Shown here one piece after another: positions 56,871 through 63,882 of a stretch of DNA of 63,882 bases. Source of the DNA: a virus (lineage: Duplodnaviria; Caudoviricetes); IMG/VR virus record IMGVR_UViG_3300033412_000012, positions 1-63,882 of that record; one strand, given 5' to 3'. The notes under the pieces were generated by a model that was not told the DNA's origin, did no database searches, and saw only the letters and a list, made by a program, of their open reading frames with translations. Every line of letters starts with the position of its first letter. Position 1 is the first letter of the stretch. A program made the position numbers and the translations under genes.

Positions 56871-57229
56871 GCGAGCGCTCGCTCTTTACGGCCCAGGACA
56901 GGTAGCGATTCGGCCGTGCGGTCAACGCGCAGGGCTTCCATCAGCATCATGTACTGGATGATGTCGAGGAAGCGCCCCTGCATGGGCTCGGAACGGTCGC
57001 GTTCGACGCCGTGCAGCAAATCGCGGCTATACGTAACGATGGACTGCCAGTGCTTGGCGGCCAGCACCATCACCACAGTTTCGGGAGGGATGCTCAGCAT
57101 GTCACCGAGCTGTTTGAAAGTGGACAGCTGGTCATCGGTGGCGCGATACTCGATGCCCTTGGTCTTGTTAATATGCTTGAGTTGAGCGAACAACTGCTCC
57201 TGCAGTTGTTCGAAGTCTTCGAATCGCAT
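56867..57229 (-). CDS. MazG-like/nucleotide-modification-associated (DUF1599-like) protein
   Basis: KGIEY....D.LSTF...KH...SEP...RFLDIIQY. Confidence 0.6.
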   Translation of the reverse strand: MRFEDFEQLQEQLFAQLKHINKTKGIEYRATDDQLSTFKQLGDMLSIPPETVVMVLAAKHWQSIVTYSRDLLHGVERDRSEPMQGRFLDIIQYMMLMEALRVDRTAESLPVLGRKERALA

Positions 57230-57392
57230 GAGTCGGGTCTCGCGTGAAGGAGTGGACAGCTTACCTGTCCTAACGCTTGAACCCGCCTACGCACTGACTT
57301 GCAGCTTGCCGTCCTGACGGCGGCGCCGTAGCGCTTCTGCCGGGCTCGTCGCTACTTAGATAGCGGCCACCAGCGACGAACCCGATGACGGG

Positions 57393-57983
57393 TCAGAACG
57401 GCACGTCGGCGGGCCGTTCCCAACGCACGCCTTCGATCACACAAGTCTCCAGGATTTGGACTTTGAAGTAACCAAACCGACTGCCGGGCTTTTGCTTGGC
57501 CGCTTCCTCGCAGTTACGCCGTGCCTGTTCGATCGTCCGCGAAAAATGGTACGGTGAACGGCCAGCCACTATGGCCAACCCGGGCAAGCCGCACGACCCC
57601 TCGTCCTCGATATCGGGCGGCACGATCTCCGCTACCACGTAGAGCGTATGGAGACCGCCCGGGAAGCACAAGTCGTGCAGCTGCGCAAACGTGAACTCGA
57701 CACTGGCCGAATGCATGCCGCTATCGTCATGCAGCGAATCACGCCACAGACTGTAACCCTTGCCGGTGTCACCCACCAAGACCGATTTCAAACGGCGCCC
57801 GCTGGCCGTGCGCTTGAAACTGACCACCTCGGGTTCGAAATCAGCGTCGTAAGACGGCCGATACAAGTAGTCAGGGAATCCCGGAATTTCCACAAAGCCG
57901 TTGCGCAGCCAGCCGGCCCGCGTCGTCGGCATTCCGTCGTCATCGCTGGCCGATGTGTAATCTTCTGCCACGTCCGCTTTCAT
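57393..57983 (-). CDS. hypothetical protein (NUMOD4-like EIPGFPDY segment)
   Basis: AGGAG RBS; ATGA overlap. Confidence 0.6.
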   Translation of the reverse strand: MKADVAEDYTSASDDDGMPTTRAGWLRNGFVEIPGFPDYLYRPSYDADFEPEVVSFKRTASGRRLKSVLVGDTGKGYSLWRDSLHDDSGMHSASVEFTFAQLHDLCFPGGLHTLYVVAEIVPPDIEDEGSCGLPGLAIVAGRSPYHFSRTIEQARRNCEEAAKQKPGSRFGYFKVQILETCVIEGVRWERPADVPF

Positions 57984-58366
57984 GACTCGCTCTCCTGCCG
58001 CGCGTTGGGGTTGCTCGGTCGCGTCTCGACGACGGTCTCGTAACGCCCCATGGCGAGCGGCACGGTCGGCACTTGCGACACCGTCAGCACGACGTTGTGC
58101 TCCGCTGCCAGAGCAACGAGACGATAGGCTTGAGCTTCAATGACGCCGGGCCAATAGTCAGCCGGAACGGTATCGCCCGGCTGTTCGGGATCGTCGCACC
58201 GGATCGTGAGATTCAAGCTACCCTTGTCGGCCAACCGCTGCAGTCGCTCGACTTCGTTTTTGAGAATCTGACGCTTCTCGTCGCGCGGAATGACTACGTA
58301 CTCGCGCTCGGCCACGTGTCCGTGCTCGTCGACGCCTAAGTGAGTATCTCGATTCGTGATGGTCAT
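57980..58366 (-). CDS. hypothetical protein
   Basis: GGAG RBS; AAEHNVVLTVSQVP..PLAMG. Confidence 0.65.
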   Translation of the reverse strand: MTITNRDTHLGVDEHGHVAEREYVVIPRDEKRQILKNEVERLQRLADKGSLNLTIRCDDPEQPGDTVPADYWPGVIEAQAYRLVALAAEHNVVLTVSQVPTVPLAMGRYETVVETRPSNPNARQESES

Positions 58367-58458
58367 GGATGGACTCCGGATAAGCCGACGGCGACCCCGC
58401 AGGGCCGCCGCCAGACTGGTTTACGTAACGATGAACGCGCCGCAGCGCGCGGGCACTA

Positions 58459-58965
58459 CTAGGACCCGAGCGTGTGGCCCAACTCCGACAGCAGCTTGCC
58501 GACTTTTTTGCGCAAACGCAGTGTCGACAACGAGCTGCCCGAGTTTTGGCAGGTGTAACCGAGCGCCGCCGCCATTTCCTGGACCGAATCCGGATAACTG
58601 TCGCCGCAGTAAAACACCGCCAGATTGGTGTTTTCCAGGTTCAGGTACTGCTCGAGCTGCTGCATACGGACCATCAGGAAAACAAACTTCGACTCCTGCG
58701 CGCTGGAGTTGGCCACGACGCGAGCCACCAGCTGATTGAACCCGACGTACTCGGACGGGTCGATGGCCGACTCGTCCTGACGCGTTTCCTGAATCACTTC
58801 GAAGTTGTCCGTCACTTCGCGCGACGTGAACTTGCGGTAGTAGTCGATCGCCCGATGCGTCGCCACCTTATGCGCGTGGCCCAGCTTGCGCCAGTAGTCG
58901 TACTCCTCACGGAAGATGGTTTTGCCGCCCTCGACCGAGGACACTCGTTCGGTATTATTGCCCAT
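58459..58965 (-). CDS. sigma-factor-like protein (region 2.4- and region 4-like segments)
   Basis: KVATHRAIDYYRK; SVQEMAAALGY...LRLRKKV. Confidence 0.55.
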   Translation of the reverse strand: MGNNTERVSSVEGGKTIFREEYDYWRKLGHAHKVATHRAIDYYRKFTSREVTDNFEVIQETRQDESAIDPSEYVGFNQLVARVVANSSAQESKFVFLMVRMQQLEQYLNLENTNLAVFYCGDSYPDSVQEMAAALGYTCQNSGSSLSTLRLRKKVGKLLSELGHTLGS

Positions 58966-59138
58966 GTCTGTAACCCCAATGTTCAGACGTGTTATTGCGG
59001 AGTCTCAGCAAGTCCGAGGTGCACAAGTCTCGTTCCGCTGAGTGGTAAGACAGCTGATTCTGCTGCCATAGCGCGTCGCTGTCCGGAGGCGCGCGTGGCG
59101 TAATGGTTCATGCGAGTCGAGCGAGCCGACTCAATCGC

Positions 59139-59462
59139 TCAAAACGGAAGTTCGTCGTCGACCTCGATGGGCCGCTGATGGTGGAGACCGAAGCGCCCCG
59201 CACACACGCCCGAACGAGGGTCCAAAGCCGCCCGGATGCCGCAACCGGCAGTGCGACGGCAGTCAAACGGGTCGTCAGTCGGACGCGCCACAATCGACCA
59301 GTCATCGTCATCGCACTGGTCGGTCAACTTTGAGGCCAAATAGGTGGCGTATTGCCAAGTCTCGAACGTGCCGAGGTCTTCCCAGACAGCTGAGGAAGAT
59401 CCGATCAGGGCGTCGGTGGAATGATGATAGCGAGGTTGGGTCACGACGATGCAGTAAGCCAT
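59139..59462 (-). CDS. hypothetical early protein
   Basis: AGGAG RBS directly below a promoter. Confidence 0.65.
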   Translation of the reverse strand: MAYCIVVTQPRYHHSTDALIGSSSAVWEDLGTFETWQYATYLASKLTDQCDDDDWSIVARPTDDPFDCRRTAGCGIRAALDPRSGVCAGRFGLHHQRPIEVDDELPF

Positions 59463-59506
59463 GGTGTTCTCCTATAATGCCATCTGGTCGGCAGGACTAC
59501 AGACGG

Positions 59507-59535
59507 ATTATACCATGCGACAGCCGTACCTACAA
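59507..59535 (-). promoter_or_regulatory. sigma70-type promoter
   Basis: TTGTAG-N17-TATAAT with extended -10 TG. Confidence 0.7.
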
Positions 59536-59554
59536 GTACCAACCAACGCGAAAG

Positions 59555-59930
59555 TGGCATCAGGATGCCGTCTATAGAACGATTGCCCGCGAGACGGGGC
59601 AGTTCGAGGAGTGTGGTAGCGCGACCACGCAGGAGGACTTGCGCGCTCAGCGGGTACGGCTCAGCGCGGGGTTCGGACAGCACAAGCGGATAAACCGAGG
59701 GACCCCTAGGGGTCCCTCGTGCAACGCAACAGATTGGGCTGAGCGTTGCAATCCACTGCCATGTGCAGGTAGGCAGGACTCGCGACGGCCCGACAGGAAA
59801 CTCCGACGCACCACACGTCTTCGCCGCGAGGACCCGCCTCGTCACCACTCTGAAACTCGCAAAGCAGTGGCGAGGTCAAGTCCAGTACACCAACAGTTCC
59901 TACTAAACGAGTCAGACCACCGACTCACCA
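59555..59930 (-). ncRNA. candidate structured non-coding RNA, unassigned
   Basis: Nested helices whose mismatches read as G-U pairs on the minus strand; no credible ORF. Confidence 0.5.
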
Positions 59931-59936
59931 ATCCAG

Positions 59937-60194
59937 TCAACGCGCGTACTGCTTGTTCCGCAAATCGAGCCGCCGCTGGATCTCGAGCGCACAATCGGTA
60001 CAAGTAACACAGCCTGCTTCGACGCGCTCTTTTTCCACGATTGCTTCGTCGCACTCCAAGCAACGACCAAGATTGGCTACCAGCTGCGCCGCCAGTTGAA
60101 CGTTGACTTCCCGAATTCGACGCGCCAACTCGTCCACGTCTCGCCGCTGCATATTCTCAGCGTGCTCGATAACCTCGTCTGAATTCACGTCCAT
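59937..60194 (-). CDS. DksA/TraR C4-type zinc finger protein
   Basis: GRCLECDEAI..ER......CTDC; GAGGG RBS before MDVNS. Confidence 0.8.
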   Translation of the reverse strand: MDVNSDEVIEHAENMQRRDVDELARRIREVNVQLAAQLVANLGRCLECDEAIVEKERVEAGCVTCTDCALEIQRRLDLRNKQYAR

Positions 60195-60276
60195 GCCCTC
60201 GTTGTTCAAACCTTGATAAGAATGAGGGCCGCTCGCGGCGGCCCTCAAGTGCTGCTGCTACGGCTCGGTTCCTATA

Positions 60277-61575
60277 TTAATGCGGAACGTCGTCGAAGTT
60301 GGCTTCACGCGTCGCGGCTTGACATTCGGTCTCGTGGGCACAGGTGATGCAGTCCGGATGCATGTCGCCGCCGCCGCTCATGACTTCCGGGTTCTTGCCG
60401 AAGGCCAGATCGCGATCATCGGACGGGCATTCTTTGATCGGGATCGTAGTACGTCGCGAGCCCTCGTTGCGAGCGCGGTCGTCCTCACGCTCGTCACTGC
60501 CACGAGTCCGCGTGCGCGAGCTGCCGCGCTCTTCGGTGTCACGACTGCGAGTCTCGCGCCGGTCATCGTCATCGCGACCACGGCGCTCGTCCGTGCGGCC
60601 ACGAGGGCTAGCGCGCGAATCGTCGCGCGGCGGCGGACGGCGGTCATCGTCGTCGCGGTTGAGTGCACCGCCCCGGTCGTCATCGCGGTCGTCTCGTCCA
60701 CGTCCACCTCGGTCATCATCGCGGCTGCTGCGAGTCTCGCGCCGGTCGTCTCCCTCACGGCCACGCGAACGCGAGCTGCCTCGGTCGTCATCGCGACCAC
60801 GGCCGCGCGAACCGCGATCATCCTCGCCTGGATCGAACGCCGTCCCGCGCTCCGCCAGCAGACGAGCCACGAACTTGCGGAACGATGCCAAGTCGTCATC
60901 GCCGATGTAGGACTTCGACGGCTCGCCTTCGTCGTAGTAAACGCGCGACAACGGGTATTCTTCGAAGTCGCGCGGCAACTCCGGCAGTTCATAGTCGCGC
61001 AAGTCGAACCCCCACGACGCCGAGCCTTTGTTGCCGCCCGTGAAAGTCAGCTTCAGGCCCTTGGCCTCCACTTCGGGATTCATGACTTGACGCAGGTCGT
61101 CGCGGTCCAGACCGGCGATGAAAGTCTGGAACGAAATGAACACACGCGGCGACAGCACGATGTAGCTGGCTTCCTTGACGCGCAGATACTTGCTTTCTTC
61201 GGCGTTGGTCTTGAAAATGTAGCCCGTGATGACGCCTTCCTCGCGATTCTTGAACTGCCACGCCTTGCCGTACTTGGCATCCTCGAGCTTCTTGACTTCC
61301 TTGCAGATGCGGCAGTGCTCACCTTCACACGGGACCCGGCCGCCCATGTCCTTGCCGAGGTTGTGCATGTTGATGACCCGCGCCGCGCGCAGACGCTTCT
61401 TGCCGGTTTCGGCCGACACGTGCAAGTCCGGCCAGATGCGCATCGTGTACGTACCTTCGTCGAGAAACATCAGCGGCGTGGTCGGGCGGTCGCCACCGAC
61501 TTTCTCGGTGTACGCTTTCGCTTCGTCACGCATCCCCTCGAACAGGGATTCGTCGTCGTATTTACTGCGGGCCAT
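60277..61575 (-). CDS. single-stranded DNA-binding protein (gp32-like) with Arg/Asp-rich tail
   Basis: GTYTMRIWP...H...PC....C.IC Zn core; G..LKLT; long RD-rich region. Confidence 0.7.
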   Translation of the reverse strand: MARSKYDDESLFEGMRDEAKAYTEKVGGDRPTTPLMFLDEGTYTMRIWPDLHVSAETGKKRLRAARVINMHNLGKDMGGRVPCEGEHCRICKEVKKLEDAKYGKAWQFKNREEGVITGYIFKTNAEESKYLRVKEASYIVLSPRVFISFQTFIAGLDRDDLRQVMNPEVEAKGLKLTFTGGNKGSASWGFDLRDYELPELPRDFEEYPLSRVYYDEGEPSKSYIGDDDLASFRKFVARLLAERGTAFDPGEDDRGSRGRGRDDDRGSSRSRGREGDDRRETRSSRDDDRGGRGRDDRDDDRGGALNRDDDDRRPPPRDDSRASPRGRTDERRGRDDDDRRETRSRDTEERGSSRTRTRGSDEREDDRARNEGSRRTTIPIKECPSDDRDLAFGKNPEVMSGGGDMHPDCITCAHETECQAATREANFDDVPH

Positions 61576-61659
61576 GGTTGACTCCTAGTCGTCGGTTGGT
61601 TGCCAGTGATCGGCGGATTTGATGCCCATTACTACGGCTGACACGCAGCCGTCACTACT

Positions 61660-63279
61660 TCAGAAAAACAAATCAGCGTTGCGGCGTTTGGGTTTCTTGC
61701 CGCGCCCAGCCCGGCCAAGTTCCTGGCCCAGACCAGTGGCGCCGTCAGTGACCCCAAGGACCAAGTCGCGGAACAAGTCGTTCCAGGATGGGTAGCGCAG
61801 CGCTGGATCAGTCTTGTAATACCCGACGATGGCTTCTTCGCGCGCCGCCGCCTGATTCTCCAGCACGTTGGAGCCCACGTCGTACAAGTTAACGACGACA
61901 GACCCGAGGCCGCCTCCCTTGCGCGTCGTGCGACCGGTGCGCTGGATCGTGCCGCGTGCTTTGCGACCTTCCGTCAGGAAGATCGTATTGAGCGATGGAA
62001 TATTGGCGCCTTCATTCAAGTGCTGCGTCACGATCAGCAAGTTGACGCGTCCGTCGGCCACGCGGTCTTTGATGTTGCCGGAAGTCAAAGTCGGGTCGTT
62101 CGAACGGATCTGGCCGGCGCCATACCAGCACACGCAGTCGTCCAGCCCTATTTGCTCCCAAATTTCGATGCCGTATTCCTTCTTTCCGACCGGGATCAAC
62201 GCTTGTCGCCCGGTCTTGGCCAGCGCCCGTGCTGCTCGGGCGATGGTAGCAATGCGATCCCGGTTGCCATAGACGAGCGGCGCGATGTAACGCCAGTCGG
62301 TCTTGCCGCCAATTTTCGGATCGTCCCAGACGAACGGGAACGACATCACGGTCGGCGTCTCGATATGCTCCTTGACTTTCTCAATCGGCACCGTATGCAG
62401 CACCGGGCCGCACGGCGCGACGGCGCGGGCCAAGTCAGGCGACAGTTCGTCGAAGCCCTTGCCGTACGAGTCCTGGTCTTCCTGCGTGAGCGTCGCCGAA
62501 AACCCGAACGAGCGGTGCAACTGCGGCAAGGCCCACAACAGCAGATTCCACGACTCGCAACTCCAATGGTGTGCTTCATCCGACAGCAGCACGCGAATCG
62601 TGTCGGCGTGCGGCACGAAGCCCGATTGCAAGTCGTTGTTGACAGCCGAAGCATGGGCGACGATCACACGACCTCGGTCCGGAAACTCATCCAAGTGTCG
62701 CAGCTTCGGATATTCGACGAACACGTCGTCCGGCACTCCGTATTGCTTCATGCGCTCGATGAAGTTGTCCAACGTCGGGATGCCTGGGGCAATGAACATC
62801 ACATTGCCGTGCTCCATTGCAGCCAGCGCCAGCGCCACTTCCATTTCGGTCTTGCCCGAGCCGACCGGTGCCTGCACGAGCCCGGCCCATTGGTTCAGCA
62901 CGTCGCGTAAGCAATCCTGCTGATAACCGCGCAACTGGTCCCACATCCACTGCGGAACGCGCAGCTCGGGCAACGCAGGCTTGTTCTTAATGCGCATCCG
63001 CAGGCCGCGCTCCCGGGCCAAATACAGGAGCGCCCCGAGCCCGACGACGGTGCGGCCGTTCAAGTCGGAAGCCAACGTCAGCGTGTACGACACGAAGCGC
63101 TTGCGGCGCTCCTCCTCGACCCATTCGAAGCGCTTCTCGACGTAATCGAACGACGGCAACAAGTCATCCGGAATGACGGCCAAGTAGCCGACCAGTTCGA
63201 TCTCGTGCATAGGAAATCCTGCTAGTTGAGCAGCGAGCGACGGAGCGTCATGAGCTGCTGATTCAACCCAACGCGTCAA
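61660..63279 (-). CDS. SF2 DNA helicase (UvsW/XPB-like)
   Basis: LRGYQ, APVGSGKT, DEAH, FSAT, EGANIP and QRTGRTTR motifs. Confidence 0.9.
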   Translation of the reverse strand: MTRWVESAAHDAPSLAAQLAGFPMHEIELVGYLAVIPDDLLPSFDYVEKRFEWVEEERRKRFVSYTLTLASDLNGRTVVGLGALLYLARERGLRMRIKNKPALPELRVPQWMWDQLRGYQQDCLRDVLNQWAGLVQAPVGSGKTEMEVALALAAMEHGNVMFIAPGIPTLDNFIERMKQYGVPDDVFVEYPKLRHLDEFPDRGRVIVAHASAVNNDLQSGFVPHADTIRVLLSDEAHHWSCESWNLLLWALPQLHRSFGFSATLTQEDQDSYGKGFDELSPDLARAVAPCGPVLHTVPIEKVKEHIETPTVMSFPFVWDDPKIGGKTDWRYIAPLVYGNRDRIATIARAARALAKTGRQALIPVGKKEYGIEIWEQIGLDDCVCWYGAGQIRSNDPTLTSGNIKDRVADGRVNLLIVTQHLNEGANIPSLNTIFLTEGRKARGTIQRTGRTTRKGGGLGSVVVNLYDVGSNVLENQAAAREEAIVGYYKTDPALRYPSWNDLFRDLVLGVTDGATGLGQELGRAGRGKKPKRRNADLFF

Positions 63280-63299
63280 ATCGTTCAGGCACTACTTCA

Positions 63300-63560
63300 C
63301 AAATATCGCGCGGTCGTGTTTCGCGTGCGTTCGCGCACCTACTCGCTCGCCCGCTCCTGCACGCCGCCGTGCGCGGAACTTCTGCCGATCAAATTTTTCC
63401 AAGTTACCAAGTTCAAAGAAATACCAAGGTCGCGCGCGCCCGCCCGCAGGAGCGGGCGCGCTCGCGCACGTAATGCGCTTACGCGTAGGAACGACCCCTT
63501 CCCCCAAACCCCCTCCCCCCACGACTCTGAAGTGCTCTCCGCCTCTCGAACCACGAATAG
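63300..63560. other. candidate replication origin/control region
   Basis: Divergent intergenic region with a 13-bp inverted repeat around AT-rich CCAAG repeats, and four C-tracts. Confidence 0.35.
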
Positions 63561-63641
63561 TCAAGTTGATAGGTAGTGCGCAGCCGATCTGTCTCGTTCG
63601 AGATTCGCAGCACTCGACCACCACAACCCAGGAATTCCATC

Positions 63642-63882
63642 ATGAACGAGACGACCGCCGATAAGCAGGCAAACGTCGTGCAGTACACAGACGAGCAAAT
63701 GGCTCTGATCGACTGCGACGCGGAAATGTTGATCGGAGAAGCACGAGCCGGTTGCGGCAAGACTTCCACTGCCAAAGGGTACGCGGAACGTCGCAAGAAT
63801 TACGACATGTTGTATCTGGCATTCAACCAGTCGACCAAGAAGGAAGGTGAGCGCAAGTTGCCGGCGAACGTGACCAGCAAGA
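63642..63882 (+). CDS. UvrD/SF1 helicase, N-terminal part (runs off window)
   Basis: Not in the ORF track. MNETTAD...YTDEQ...GEARAGCGKTST...LYLAFN; AGGA RBS. Confidence 0.85.
   Translation, partial: MNETTADKQANVVQYTDEQMALIDCDAEMLIGEARAGCGKTSTAKGYAERRKNYDMLYLAFNQSTKKEGERKLPANVTSK

Noticed and set aside
59555-59930. Retron msr-msd or DGR template
   Set aside because: No reverse transcriptase in the window and no template/variable repeat pair seen.
1-63882. CRISPR array, tRNA or rRNA genes
   Set aside because: No regularly spaced direct repeats or complete cloverleafs seen by eye. TAGCTCAG at about 13732 lacks a T-arm and acceptor stem. A tRNAscan run would be needed to be sure.
1-63882. Stop-codon reassignment
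   Set aside because: Core genes are full-length under the standard code and tile with ATGA overlaps; all three stop codons end genes.

Overview
A 63.9-kb, GC-rich segment of a large tailed dsDNA bacteriophage with a T4-like head and contractile tail. The host is probably a GC-rich proteobacterium (inference). Almost every gene is on the minus strand. From right to left: (1) divergent helicases around an origin-like spacer, a gp32-like SSB, a DksA/TraR-type zinc finger, a highly structured ~350-nt non-coding region and a sigma-like gene; (2) a nucleotide-pool operon (MazG-like, DUF550/MazZ-like, DatZ-like HD hydrolase, nrdA, nrdB); (3) large acidic head-associated proteins, one with an embedded AAA ATPase, then portal, prohead protease/scaffold, major capsid protein and a free-standing homing endonuclease; (4) the anti-CBASS sponge Acb2 beside a ParB-ADP-ribosyltransferase fusion; (5) neck, sheath, tube, chaperone, tape-measure and baseplate genes with morons interspersed; (6) a protein of four tandem ART-like domains and many small accessory genes, including DUF488 and a Crp/Fnr-family regulator. 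The best leads are a putative protease-processed, capsid-packaged polyprotein cargo system (ART domains, AAA ATPase, a repeated ~45-aa domain), a datZ/mazZ-like DNA-modification cluster in a myophage, an unassigned structured ncRNA and two candidate programmed frameshifts. All family calls come from recognising motifs by eye; no database search was run.
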